Numbered from the stretch's first letter, positions 1 through 9,721 are shown. The stretch is DNA of 64,000 nt from Nostoc sp. NMS8 (GCF_017115045.1 NZ_JABXKK010000105.1:30253-94252); one strand, 5' to 3'. The notes: generated by a model not told the origin, from the sequence alone. Numbers and translations: made by a program.

Positions 1-1334
1 TGATTTAGTTGCCCTGCAAAACACTGGATTTGAGGCATTTCAGCATATTGTGTCACTACTTGAATTTCCGGGCGATTATTTTGTGCCTTTAGACGATGTT
101 GCAAAATTAATAGGGTACTGTCGATTCCTTCATGGAGATCGGCAGTTTTGAACTCAGCTTCATCCAAACGAGAGAAAATTCGGAGACTAAGAACAATTTC
201 TCGGATGCGTTTAGCCCCCATCTTCATCGAGGTTAACATCTTAGGCAAATCTTCTGTTAGATACTCAATATCTGCTTCTTCGTTAGCATTTTTAATTTCT
301 GGCTCTGGGTTAGGATAATAATTTTGATAAAGCTTAATTAATAGCAGCAATTGTTGAGTGTAATCATCAATGTGTTGGAGATTACCGTAGATAAAATTAA
401 CCGGATTGTTAATTTCATGGGCAACTCCTGCCACTAGCTGACCCAGACTCGACATTTTTTCTGATTGAATTAATTGGATTTGGGTTTTTTTCAGGTCTTT
501 TAAAGCTTGCTGAAGTTCGGCTTCTGCCAATTTTCGCTCGGTAATTTCGTCTCGTAATTGTTCGTTAGCATTGATCAATTCATTTCTGGAAGATTGCAGA
601 TCGTCTGCCATTTTGTTGAATGAGGTAGCTAACTCGCCAATCTCATCGTGGGAGCGAATACTAACTCTGGTATTCAGCTTACCTTCAGCCAGATTCATTA
701 CAGCTTGTTGGAGTTGTTTAATTGGTTTGGAAATGGTTATAGAAAGTAGATAACCGGCTATTAAGGCAAATATGCTACATCCCAAACTGATGACCGATGT
801 CACGAGAATGTTTTTATGGGCTGTTGCTAGTGCTGCTTGATAAAGCGGTGTATATTCTAAAATTACTGCACCAATTGTTTCATGTTTGCTAGTCTTAAAA
901 ACAACAGCAATTAATTGAATTCCATTTGGGTATTCAGGACTAGTTTCAATATATGTTCTTGTTATACCATCTTGAATAGTTTTACCAACTTCATTATTGC
1001 GATCACGATCTAATCGTGTAGCGATATCTTCCGTAACTACATCTGCCAGAATGATTTTATGGGGGTCTACAATTTCCAAATCGCGCTGACGTTGTTTGTG
1101 TAGCGATTCAACATGCTTTTGCAGATGGGCTAGCATCTCATTTTGCGATCGCATTTTATGGTCTTCAAGCTCATGACTTACGAAATATCCCAGTAGTCCA
1201 GCAACTTCTTCTGCCTCTTGTTGAGCAAGATACTTAGCTATCTCTAATTGTTGATGGGCACTAATCGCACCAATAATTCCTGAGAGAGTAGCTATTCCTA
1301 GAATACCCGAAATTAATTTTTGACTAATTTTCAT
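1..1334 (-). CDS. Sensor histidine kinase, 5' part (TM, periplasmic sensor region, HAMP, HisKA); the ATP-binding end lies beyond the window
   Basis: Missing from the ORF track because there is no stop codon in the window. The reverse complement from ATG 1334-1332 reads MKISQKLISGILGIATLSG... and stays open to position 1. HAMP-like ..KPIKQLQQAVMNLAEGKLNTRV.. is present, as is the H-box region QSEKMSSLGQLVAGVAHEINNPVNFIYGNL. The last residues are ..YAEMPQIQCFAGQLNQ. Confidence 0.85.
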   Translation of the reverse strand, partial: MKISQKLISGILGIATLSGIIGAISAHQQLEIAKYLAQQEAEEVAGLLGYFVSHELEDHKMRSQNEMLAHLQKHVESLHKQRQRDLEIVDPHKIILADVVTEDIATRLDRDRNNEVGKTIQDGITRTYIETSPEYPNGIQLIAVVFKTSKHETIGAVILEYTPLYQAALATAHKNILVTSVISLGCSIFALIAGYLLSITISKPIKQLQQAVMNLAEGKLNTRVSIRSHDEIGELATSFNKMADDLQSSRNELINANEQLRDEITERKLAEAELQQALKDLKKTQIQLIQSEKMSSLGQLVAGVAHEINNPVNFIYGNLQHIDDYTQQLLLLIKLYQNYYPNPEPEIKNANEEADIEYLTEDLPKMLTSMKMGAKRIREIVLSLRIFSRLDEAEFKTADLHEGIDSTLLILQHRLKAQNNRPEIQVVTQYAEMPQIQCFAGQLN

Positions 1335-1526
1335 TCCTTGCTCAAAACCTCAATTGCCACCTACTGTGCTGATTTAGTTTTAGGGACTTTGCCCCTTTCC
1401 TAAAATTCCCATTTTTCCGGCTGAAAGCCACATATTTAGCAGATATGAGCAAAATTTTTAATTTCGCAAGAGAGCCAGAAGGCAGTCCCTGTTTCATCGG
1501 GACTGGGGATTGGAGATTGGTATTTT

Positions 1527-1550
1527 TACTCATTACTCATTACTCAGCAC
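1527..1550. repeat. STRR heptamer tandem repeat (TACTCAT units)
   Basis: tactcattactcattactcagcac read directly. The same heptamer family recurs at 19315, 58038, 58185 and 60786. Confidence 0.8.
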
Positions 1551-1614
1551 TTAGAAATACTACCCGACCCCATTTTTTCAGTAGATTAGCAATAGATTAT
1601 CTCAAGGGCACTTT

Positions 1615-2436
1615 ATGACTTCTTTTGAAACTTCAGTTGAAGATTTGGTACTAGTTGCTGGTGCTACTGGTGGCGTAGGGCAACTGGTGGTAGGCAAGTT
1701 ACTAGAGAAAGGCTTGAAAGTTCGTGTCTTGACACGCAATACCGTAAAAGCTGAAGAGATGTTTAACCAGAGAGTGGAAATTGCTGTTGGTGACATTCGC
1801 CAGCCAGCGACACTGCCAGCTGCAACCCAAAATGTTACCCACATCATAAATTGTACTGGAACTACCGCCTTTCCCTCTGCGCGCTGGGAGTTTGACCAAC
1901 CCCCGAACTTGATTGAATGGGGAATCACTTTCCTTAACCCCAAATCTAGTGAAGCAAAAGCAAAGAATAGTCCGGCAAAGGTCGATGCCCAAGGTGTTAG
2001 AAATCTAGTGGCAGCAGCACCCCGGAATTTGAAACGATTCGTTTTCGTTTCTTCTTGTGGAATTCTCCGTAAAAATCAGTTTCCTTTTAGTATTCTTAAT
2101 GCCTTTGGTGTCTTGGATGCCAAACAAAAAGGTGAGGAGTCCATTATTAATTCAGGATTGCCCTACACCATTATCCGCCCAGGACGCTTGATAGACGGGC
2201 CCTATACCTCATACGACCTCAATACCCTTCTGAAGGCAAAAACAGGAGGTAAATACGGTGTAGTCGTAGGTACTGGCGATACACTTTCAGGTGATACTAG
2301 CCGGATTGACGTAGCCAGCGCTTCTGTAGAATCCCTTTTTCAGCCAAGTAGTTCTAGGAAAATTTTTGAAATAATCAACCAAGGACAAAGACCGTCTGTT
2401 ATTGACTGGGAAACTCTATTCTCTAAGCTGGAGTGA
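1615..2436 (+). CDS. NAD(P)-binding atypical SDR / NmrA-like (Tic62/Ycf39-like) protein
   Basis: N-terminal Rossmann motif VLVAGATGGVGQLVVGKLLEKG. 273-aa ORF with no competing frame. Confidence 0.8.
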   Translation: MTSFETSVEDLVLVAGATGGVGQLVVGKLLEKGLKVRVLTRNTVKAEEMFNQRVEIAVGDIRQPATLPAATQNVTHIINCTGTTAFPSARWEFDQPPNLIEWGITFLNPKSSEAKAKNSPAKVDAQGVRNLVAAAPRNLKRFVFVSSCGILRKNQFPFSILNAFGVLDAKQKGEESIINSGLPYTIIRPGRLIDGPYTSYDLNTLLKAKTGGKYGVVVGTGDTLSGDTSRIDVASASVESLFQPSSSRKIFEIINQGQRPSVIDWETLFSKLE

Positions 2437-2480
2437 GTAATGCCTAATTCTGGGTTGACCATCTCACCGAAGAGGCATAG

Positions 2481-2653
2481 GGGAAGGGAGCAGGGAGCAG
2501 GGGGAGCAAGCCCTTCCCCTCTGCGCCAAGCATTGCGGAGCATAAGTACGTTCGCGGAGCGTCTCGTAGAGAAGAGAAGCCCTTCCAGGGCGCTTGAACT
2601 GGGGCGGAATACAAGTCTTCTCCCTTGCTCCCTGCCCCCTGCGCCCTGCTTCT
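2481..2653. repeat. MITE-like small dispersed repeat with a G-rich left arm and a C-rich right arm
   Basis: Left arm ggggaagggagcagggagcagggggagcaag (2481-2510) is an imperfect inverted repeat of cttgctccctgccccctgcgccctgcttc (2625-2653). The core carries gcgtctcgtagag, which is also seen at 35740. Related elements lie at 9170-9297 and 47884-47990. Confidence 0.65.
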
Positions 2654-2731
2654 TTTGAGCCAGGTCTTTCCGTTTCAGTTACCCTGAAGTTAGTTGTCCA
2701 ACTAGTATTGACTTTCCCATAGATAGAATAG

Positions 2732-3925
2732 ATGACTCAACAAACTTCTAGAATTTGTATCCTTGGCGGGGGCTTTGGTGGTCTATACACAGCCCTGCGC
2801 TTAAGTCAATTACCTTGGGAATCTACGCAAAAGCCCGAAATTGTTTTGGTAGATCAAAGCGATCGCTTCCTATTCTCTCCTTTACTTTACGAATTACTCA
2901 CTGGCGAACTGCAAACTTGGGAAATTGCCCCACCCTTTGAAGAACTTTTACAAGGCACTGGTATACGTTTCTATCAAGGGGTTGTATCTGGTATTGACAT
3001 CGACCAGCAACGGGTAAATATCCAAGAAGGGCCAGAAATCCCTTACGACCGATTAGTACTGGCGCTAGGAGGTGAGACACCGTTAGATTTAGTACCTGGT
3101 GCAGCAGCCTACGCCTATACATTCCGCACAATCTCTGATGCCTATCGTTTAGAAGAACGCCTGCGATTTTTAGAAGAATCGGATGCTGATAAAATTCGGG
3201 TAGCGATCGTTGGGGCTGGCTACAGTGGTGTAGAGTTAGCCTGTAAGTTAGCTGACAGACTAGGCGAAAGGGGACGCTTTCGGATCGTTGAAATCGCTGA
3301 CCAAATCTTACGAACTTCCCCAGAGTTTAATCGGGAAGCAGCAAAGAAAGCAATAGAAGCCCGTGGTGTGTTTCTTGATTTAGAAACTAAAGTCGAATCT
3401 ATAGAGCAAAATTCCATTTCCCTAGAGTACAAAAACCAGTTAGATACGATTCCCGTAGATTTGGTAATTTGGACAGTAGGAACTAGGGTTGCGCCCGTAG
3501 TCAAATCTCTTTCCCTCAAGCAAAATCAGCGTGGTCAAATCAGCACTACATCCAATCTGCAAGTTATCGATCATCCAGAAATCTTTGCCTTGGGAGATTT
3601 AGCAGACTGTCATGATACTGAAGGACAGCAAGTCCCCGCTACCGCACAAGCGGCTTTCCAACAAGCTGATTATACTGCTTGGAACATCTGGGCAAGTCTG
3701 ACTAATCGCCCTCTTCTTCCCTTCCATTACCAACAGTTAGGAGAAATGATGGCACTAGGAATAGACAATGCTACTCTCACTGGTTTAGGAATTAAACTAG
3801 ATGGGCCATTGGCATACGTCGCCCGCCGTGCTGCTTATTTATACAGGCTACCAACTTTAGACCATCAGCTTAAAGTTGGTTTTAATTGGCTAGTCCGTCC
3901 GATCATAGAAACACTTTCTCGCTAA
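2732..3925 (+). CDS. Type II NADH dehydrogenase (NDH-2) family FAD/NAD(P)-dependent oxidoreductase
   Basis: Two dinucleotide-binding motifs: ICILGGGFGGLYTALRL and VAIVGAGYSGVELACKLA. 397 aa. Confidence 0.8.
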   Translation: MTQQTSRICILGGGFGGLYTALRLSQLPWESTQKPEIVLVDQSDRFLFSPLLYELLTGELQTWEIAPPFEELLQGTGIRFYQGVVSGIDIDQQRVNIQEGPEIPYDRLVLALGGETPLDLVPGAAAYAYTFRTISDAYRLEERLRFLEESDADKIRVAIVGAGYSGVELACKLADRLGERGRFRIVEIADQILRTSPEFNREAAKKAIEARGVFLDLETKVESIEQNSISLEYKNQLDTIPVDLVIWTVGTRVAPVVKSLSLKQNQRGQISTTSNLQVIDHPEIFALGDLADCHDTEGQQVPATAQAAFQQADYTAWNIWASLTNRPLLPFHYQQLGEMMALGIDNATLTGLGIKLDGPLAYVARRAAYLYRLPTLDHQLKVGFNWLVRPIIETLSR

Positions 3926-4064
3926 CTTAAGGTTGGGCATTGGGCATTGCTGAAAAACCAAGACATCTATGATGATTTGTTTTATTTCCGTCAACCTATT
4001 TAGTAGATGTTAGACTCTACCCACAGAAACTTTCTAACAAGCCAAAATCTAAAATTCAACACTG

Positions 4065-4712
4065 ATGGAACAACCGAAAGTTATTTTTTTAGATGCTGTG
4101 GGTACACTCTTTGATGTCAAAGGTAGTGTGGGTGAAGTCTATAGTCAGATAGCCCAAGAATTTGGCGTTATAGTTTCAGCCAAAACATTAAATACAGCCT
4201 TCATCCAAAGCTTTAAAGCATCGCCGCCGCCGATATTTCCAGATGCGGAACTGCAAGATATTCCCCAGCGCGAGTTTGATTGGTGGCGGATAATTGCCTT
4301 GAATACTTTTGAAAATGCAGGTGTTCTCAAGGAATTTTCTGACTTTTCGGCTTTTTTTAGCGAACTTTACATCCACTTTGGCACTGGCGAACCGTGGTTT
4401 GTCTATCCTGATGTCTTACCTGCTTTAATCAACTGGCGGCGCTTGGGAGTTAGCTTGGGGGTGCTATCCAATTTTGATTCTCGGATTTATTCAGTATTGC
4501 AAAGTTTGGGATTGAGAGAGTTTTTTACCTCCGTCACCATTTCTACCCAGGTACGTGCAGCTAAACCCGATCCTCAAATTTTTGCGATCGCTTTAGATAA
4601 ACATAAATGTTCCCCAGAAGCCGCATGGCATATTGGCGATAGCATTGTAGAAGACTATCATGCAGCGAAAGCCGCTGGATTGAGAGGCGTTTGGATCAAC
4701 CGGGGAAAATGA
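4065..4712 (+). CDS. HAD-superfamily hydrolase (subfamily IA-like)
   Basis: Motif I FLDAVGTLF, motif II VLSNFDS, motif IV GDSIVEDYHAAKAAG. Confidence 0.8.
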   Translation: MEQPKVIFLDAVGTLFDVKGSVGEVYSQIAQEFGVIVSAKTLNTAFIQSFKASPPPIFPDAELQDIPQREFDWWRIIALNTFENAGVLKEFSDFSAFFSELYIHFGTGEPWFVYPDVLPALINWRRLGVSLGVLSNFDSRIYSVLQSLGLREFFTSVTISTQVRAAKPDPQIFAIALDKHKCSPEAAWHIGDSIVEDYHAAKAAGLRGVWINRGK

Positions 4713-4892
4713 GAGTTGATCGACAGTGAAAACTGTGCAATCTCAACTGTAATACACGAAAACATAAACTACTTAGTTAGCGATCGCAGCAGAGTTAATT
4801 GACCAGATGCGAGATTATTTGCCGTTGTAGACGGTGGGCAGTAATGTATTATTAGCTCAAAAAAGGTATGCCAGCCCTCTAATTATCGTTAA

Positions 4893-6626
4893 ATGCTGAA
4901 GCAAACTTTTCCTTCCCCTGAGGCACTCCGACGGTTCCCTTTTGGTCTGGCTGATATTGCCCTCATTCTTGGCACATTAGTACTGCTGGCGTTGATTGCG
5001 CGTGTTGGTGCTGGAACATTAGTGAGCTTTGTACCACCAGATGTAGTACCAGGTATTAGTCTTGACCCGCGTAATTTACCCTATTACGCTGGGCGCTCAA
5101 CCCTGCGAATGTTTATTGCCCTGTTTTACTCAACGCTGTTCACTTTAATTTATGGTTACATTGCTGCTAAAAGCCGCCGTGCTGAAAGAGTTCTGATTCC
5201 CCTACTCGATATCTTGCAGTCGGTTCCAGTACTAGGCTTTTTGTCCATTACGGTTACAGGTTTTATTGCCCTGTTTCCCGGAAGCCTATTAGGACTAGAG
5301 GCAGCATCGATTTTTGCGATTTTCACCAGCCAAGTCTGGAACATGACCTTTTCGTTCTACCACTCACTGCGAACACTACCACCAGAACTAGATGAGGCCG
5401 TCAGGCTCTATCGGTTGTCGGGATGGCAGCGGTTCACCAAACTGGAATTTCCGACGGCCATGATTGGGCTGCTGTGGAATGCAATGATGAGTTTTGGAGG
5501 TGGCTGGTTTTTTGTCGCAGCGAGTGAAGCAATCAGCGTACTCAATCAGCAATACACTCTACCAGGAATTGGCTCTTATGTAGCCGCCGCAGTTGCCGCC
5601 AAGAATTTATCTGCCTTGGGTTGGGCGCTATTGACGATCGCGATCGTAATTATCCTAGTAAATCAACTATTTTGGCGACCATTAGTCGCTTGGGCAGATA
5701 AGTTCCGTCTGGAACAGAGTGCCGCAGCCCAAGCCCCCGAATCCTGGGTTTACGATCTGCTCAAAGCAGCCCGAATTCCGCGTCTACTGGGGCGGGTGTT
5801 AGCTCCTTTGGGTGAAGCTATCAATCGTATTCTCTCATTGCTAACGCCACCGCAAACTCGCCGTACTGTAAAGACTGGTGGGCAAGAAATAGGCGATCGC
5901 CTCTACAACTCGATCCTATTGGTAGTAATTGGTGGGTTGTTGGTTGTCGGGCTGCACTTCATTTTCACAACAGTGGGACTAAGTGAAGTCATCAAAACCT
6001 TTGGGCTAGGATTACTCACTCTGTTGCGTGTGCTGGTATTGCTGGTATTTTCAACTCTAGTTTGGACACCCGTTGGAGTAGCCATTGGGTTTAATCCCCG
6101 ACTAGCAACTTTGTTGCAGCCTGTGGTGCAATTCCTGGCTTCATTTCCAGCAAACTTTATCTTTCCCTTCGCTACCCTCTTCTTTATCCGTTCCCATATC
6201 AGCATTGATTGGGGTAGTATTCTGTTGATGTCCCTGGGCGCACAGTGGTATATCCTCTTCAACTCCATTGCTGGAGCGATGAGCGTCCCAACGGATTTGC
6301 GCGAGATGGCAACCAGCCTCGGTTTGCGTGGTTGGCTGCTGTGGCGCAAGTTAATCATTCCCGGCATCTTCTCCGCCTGGGTAACAGGTGGCGTCACTGC
6401 TACCGGTGGCGCATGGAACGCCAGTATTGTCTCTGAGGTTGTCGCTTGGGGTTCAACTACCCTGACTGCTAACGGATTGGGAGCATATATTGCTCACGCC
6501 ACCGGAGCAGGTGACTGGCCTCGGATTACCCTGGGGATTGGAATGATGAGCCTATTCGTTGTTGGCCTGAACAGAGTTTTTTGGCGACGATTGTATGAGT
6601 TAGCAGAAACCAAATACCATCTCTAA
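4893..6626 (+). CDS. ABC transporter permease, fused double permease (NitT/TauT-like family)
   Basis: 577 aa, highly hydrophobic, with two permease-like halves. The cognate ATPase follows 25 nt downstream. Confidence 0.8.
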   Translation: MLKQTFPSPEALRRFPFGLADIALILGTLVLLALIARVGAGTLVSFVPPDVVPGISLDPRNLPYYAGRSTLRMFIALFYSTLFTLIYGYIAAKSRRAERVLIPLLDILQSVPVLGFLSITVTGFIALFPGSLLGLEAASIFAIFTSQVWNMTFSFYHSLRTLPPELDEAVRLYRLSGWQRFTKLEFPTAMIGLLWNAMMSFGGGWFFVAASEAISVLNQQYTLPGIGSYVAAAVAAKNLSALGWALLTIAIVIILVNQLFWRPLVAWADKFRLEQSAAAQAPESWVYDLLKAARIPRLLGRVLAPLGEAINRILSLLTPPQTRRTVKTGGQEIGDRLYNSILLVVIGGLLVVGLHFIFTTVGLSEVIKTFGLGLLTLLRVLVLLVFSTLVWTPVGVAIGFNPRLATLLQPVVQFLASFPANFIFPFATLFFIRSHISIDWGSILLMSLGAQWYILFNSIAGAMSVPTDLREMATSLGLRGWLLWRKLIIPGIFSAWVTGGVTATGGAWNASIVSEVVAWGSTTLTANGLGAYIAHATGAGDWPRITLGIGMMSLFVVGLNRVFWRRLYELAETKYHL

Positions 6627-6651
6627 ACCATCGTTCGCTAGAGGAGCAAGG

Positions 6652-8001
6652 ATGACTTCTACCCAAGTTACTAATAACGTATTAATCTCTGTCGAACAAG
6701 TCAATAAGAGTTTTCCACTACCAGAGGGCAAAGGGGAATTTAAGGTTCTCCGCAACATTAATCTGACGGTAGCTGCGGGTGAAGTAGTAGCATTACTGGG
6801 GCGCAGTGGCAGCGGCAAAAGTACCTTACTACGGATTATGGCCGGCTTGATTCCAGCAAGTGAAGGTAGGGTAATCAGCAATGGTAAACGCCTGCAAGGT
6901 GCTAACCCTGGTGTCGCAATGGTATTTCAAAGCTTTGCACTGCTGCCCTGGCTGACAGTACAAGAAAACGTCGAGTTAGGGCTAGATGCCCAAGGTATTG
7001 GTCGAGATGAGCGACGACAACGAGCGCTAAAAGCTATTGACTTAGTGGGTTTGGATGGTTTTGAAAGTGCCTATCCTAAAGAGTTATCGGGGGGAATGAG
7101 ACAGCGGGTTGGCTTTGCTAGGGCATTTGTACTAGAGCCACAAGTACTATTTATGGATGAGCCATTCAGCGCCCTCGATGTATTGACGGCTGAGAACCTG
7201 CGGGGGGAAATTGATGATTTATGGAATGCTGGCACATTTCCATCCAAAAGTATTTTGATTGTCACCCACAACATTGAAGAAGCGCTGTTTTTGGCAGATC
7301 GGGTAATTATCTTGGGATCAAATCCGGGGCATATTCGCGGTGAGGTGGTGATTGATATGCCGCGGCCTCACGATCGCACCAGTATCCGCTTCAAATCACT
7401 GATAGATTATATCTACACGGTGATGACTAACCCAGATGTGGAAGTAACTGGGGCAGTTGCAACAACCACATCAACTATTATAGAAGTATCGCGATCGCCT
7501 GCTGCAATCCAAGAATCGCCCTATGCAAAGCCCTTGCCTCATGTCAGAGTCGGCGGTATTAGCGGTCTGTTGGAGTTAATTGTCGATCAACCAGAGGGCA
7601 AAGATGATATTCCCCGTTTGGCAGAACGAATCCGGCTAACCGTTGACGATCTCCTACCGATGCTTGATGCAACCGTGATGCTAGGCTTTGCTGAGGTTGC
7701 CCAAGGAGATGTTTTTCTCACCAAAATTGGACAAGATTTCGCAACTACAACTATTCTTCGCAGTAAAGACCTATTCCGGCAGCAAGTGTTATCAAATGTG
7801 CCAGTCGTCGTTAGCATGGTGCAGACATTGCGGGAAAAACGGAATCGCTCAATGCGAGCGGATTTCTTTATCGATTTACTTAATGAATATTATCCCCATG
7901 AAGAAGCCGAGCGGCAATTTGCCACAGCCGTAGATTGGGGGCGTTATGCCGAATTGTTTGAGTATGATGCTAGTGAAGATAGATTGTACTGCCAGAACTA
8001 G
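6652..8001 (+). CDS. ABC transporter ATP-binding protein with a roughly 190-aa C-terminal extension
   Basis: Walker A GRSGSGKST, signature LSGGMRQRV, Walker B LFMDEPFSALD. A long non-ABC C-terminal domain follows. Confidence 0.85.
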   Translation: MTSTQVTNNVLISVEQVNKSFPLPEGKGEFKVLRNINLTVAAGEVVALLGRSGSGKSTLLRIMAGLIPASEGRVISNGKRLQGANPGVAMVFQSFALLPWLTVQENVELGLDAQGIGRDERRQRALKAIDLVGLDGFESAYPKELSGGMRQRVGFARAFVLEPQVLFMDEPFSALDVLTAENLRGEIDDLWNAGTFPSKSILIVTHNIEEALFLADRVIILGSNPGHIRGEVVIDMPRPHDRTSIRFKSLIDYIYTVMTNPDVEVTGAVATTTSTIIEVSRSPAAIQESPYAKPLPHVRVGGISGLLELIVDQPEGKDDIPRLAERIRLTVDDLLPMLDATVMLGFAEVAQGDVFLTKIGQDFATTTILRSKDLFRQQVLSNVPVVVSMVQTLREKRNRSMRADFFIDLLNEYYPHEEAERQFATAVDWGRYAELFEYDASEDRLYCQN

Positions 8002-8166
8002 CAGCAACGCCAAGTAGTGAATCTGAGTCGATGGAATGACCGGAGGCAGATTGTCTCCGGCATAGTTACTGAATCTCTATTTTAGCTCCACTAATTCAGT
8101 GAACTAGTGGGCTATAGTTAATAACCATTCACTAGCAACCGTTGATAAATATGTGGGTGGGAAAAT

Positions 8167-9126
8167 TTATTTTTTGGAAATATTTAGTATTTTCAAAAGC
8201 GATCGCTCCATAACTTCGCTGACAAATTTATTGCCTTGCAAGTTGAGGTGAATATGATCGTGAAACAAACCTTGCGGGTTGGTAGTTGAATTGAAAGCTG
8301 GTAAAAAGTCTATATAGTTAATTTGCTGTGCTTTGGTAAAATCGCTCAAGCGCTGACGTGCTTTAATTTCGTAATCGCGGGGGCCCGGTTCACCAATTTC
8401 TCGTAGTAAGGGAGTCATGACAAGAAGAAATTGGCTGTTGCTTTGGCGAGTCAAGGCTTGAATTTTAGCGATCGCCTCTAGATTAATTCCCACGCGATCG
8501 CCTGGTTCATTTTGCACGGCTTGTAGTTCGGGAATTGACTTTTGTTTAAGGATATAACGCTGCCAAACTTCTGCTAACGCCAGAGGCGGTTTCCGATCTG
8601 GATAGTTGCGATCGCGTCCTACTGGTAAAGAAGTCGGAAGAGTAGCAAACAAATCATCTGTATTAATTAATAACACCACTGCTTGCGCGTTGAAATTGCC
8701 AAATTTCTCTAAATAAGCTAATTCGTTCCTTGGCCCCCAAGAGTTAGCTGAAGCATTTAACACTTCTACTTCCTGGTAATTACTATTAGTGGATGATACT
8801 AGAGAACGCATTATCAAACTAGATATTGTATTCGTCTGATCTGTCCACCAGCCACCATTAGCGATAGAATCACCTAATAGTAGAATTCGCAACCCAGAAG
8901 GTGCAGGTATCTTTTTGATCGGACTACCTCGCATAGAATATTCATTAATTTCAATGCGATTACCAAAACGGCGGGTACGTTGATTAGGAGCTAATAAATA
9001 ACCAATCTGCTCATCACCAATATAAATTAGGGGATTACCAAAACCGAAGAGCGATCGCAGTCCGATCTCAACTACCACAAACAATCCCACAACCACCGCC
9101 GAAATTACGATCAGTGCTATTTTCAC
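8167..9126 (-). CDS. SGNH/GDSL-family hydrolase with an N-terminal membrane anchor
   Basis: Block I ILLLGDSIANG, block V DHIHLN, N-terminal TM MKIALIVISAVVVGLFVVV. Confidence 0.75.
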   Translation of the reverse strand: MKIALIVISAVVVGLFVVVEIGLRSLFGFGNPLIYIGDEQIGYLLAPNQRTRRFGNRIEINEYSMRGSPIKKIPAPSGLRILLLGDSIANGGWWTDQTNTISSLIMRSLVSSTNSNYQEVEVLNASANSWGPRNELAYLEKFGNFNAQAVVLLINTDDLFATLPTSLPVGRDRNYPDRKPPLALAEVWQRYILKQKSIPELQAVQNEPGDRVGINLEAIAKIQALTRQSNSQFLLVMTPLLREIGEPGPRDYEIKARQRLSDFTKAQQINYIDFLPAFNSTTNPQGLFHDHIHLNLQGNKFVSEVMERSLLKILNISKK

Positions 9127-9169
9127 CTACTCATACCCTCTTATACCAAGTTGCTCTTCAATGATACTG

Positions 9170-9297
9170 GGGGATTGGGGATTGAAAAGAGGCAAGGAAG
9201 CGGGGTGCGGGGTGCAAGGGGGATGAAGAAAAATCTCCTCTTATTCCCAATTTCCTCTTCTCCCTGCTCCCTGCCCCCTGCTCCCAATGCCCATTCC
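9170..9297. repeat. MITE-like small dispersed repeat (G-rich and C-rich arms) flanked by STRR-like units
   Basis: ggcaaggaagcggggtgcggggtgcaaggggg (9191-9222) opposes ctccctgctccctgccccctgctccc (9260-9285). Flanks are gggggattggggattg and aatgcccattcc. Confidence 0.6.
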
Positions 9298-9359
9298 TAA
9301 ATTCTTAGAGTGAATTTAACATCATCAGCAAAGAGAAAGACTACAATCAAAACGGACAA

Positions 9360-9536
9360 ATGTTTCATGCTCCAAAAACAGAGGATTACAAAGCTATGTC
9401 CGATTTAAATCGAGGAATTATGAAATTTGAGGGTGCAGATTCCCCAAAAGTAGTCACTATATCTACCGTGTTGCTTCTGGGATCGATCGCTGCTCTCATC
9501 GTCTGGGCGCTGCAAGCGGCCTATGCGCTAAACTAA
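9360..9536 (+). CDS. Small (58 aa) tail-anchored membrane protein, hypothetical
   Basis: Below the 60-aa cutoff of the ORF track. ATG 9360 to TAA 9534-9536 gives MFHAPKTEDYKAMSDLNRGIMKFEGADSPKVVTISTVLLLGSIAALIVWALQAAYALN, with one C-terminal TM helix. A hairpin ggacacttg..caagtgtcc follows. Confidence 0.45.
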   Translation: MFHAPKTEDYKAMSDLNRGIMKFEGADSPKVVTISTVLLLGSIAALIVWALQAAYALN

Positions 9537-9620
9537 AACCATTAGTAGTTTAGAAGGACACTTGTCTTAAACGGTTTCCGTCTTAGCCAAGTGTCCATTT
9601 AGGAACTAGTAATTGAAGAA

Positions 9621-9653
9621 GAATACAGAATACAGAATCCAGAATCCAGAATG
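9621..9653. repeat. STRR heptamer array (GAATACA/GAATCCA units)
   Basis: gaatacagaatacagaatccagaatccagaatg. Confidence 0.8.
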
Positions 9654-9721
9654 CTTTTCTTTGGGGGATTCAAACCCCTAGCTGATTGTAGACCTCTAAA
9701 TCTATAATTTGGATTGTTTTT

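Noticed and set aside
2440-2658. 72-aa ORF (MPNSGLTISPKRHRGREQGAGGASPSP..)
   Set aside because: It lies entirely within the palindromic MITE-like element and has low-complexity Gly/Pro/Arg composition, so it is a repeat artefact.
4713-4892. Possible riboswitch (for example guanidine/ykkC-type) upstream of the NitT/TauT-like ABC genes
   Set aside because: I found none of the conserved ykkC core strings and no other riboswitch signature I can recognise. Only a short hairpin (cagtgaaaactg) is present.
5903-6397. 164-aa antisense ORF inside the ABC permease. Similar antisense ORFs occur at 1602..1943, 28824..29252, 39881..40234, 51346..51720, 53096..53428 and 54125..54472.
   Set aside because: Each lies fully inside and opposite a well-supported gene. 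They are Arg/Ser/Pro-rich, have no recognisable motifs, and are typical shadow ORFs.
9665-9692. tRNA-like T-arm gggggattcaaacccct
   Set aside because: No acceptor, D or anticodon arms can be drawn around it. It sits at the edge of an STRR array.
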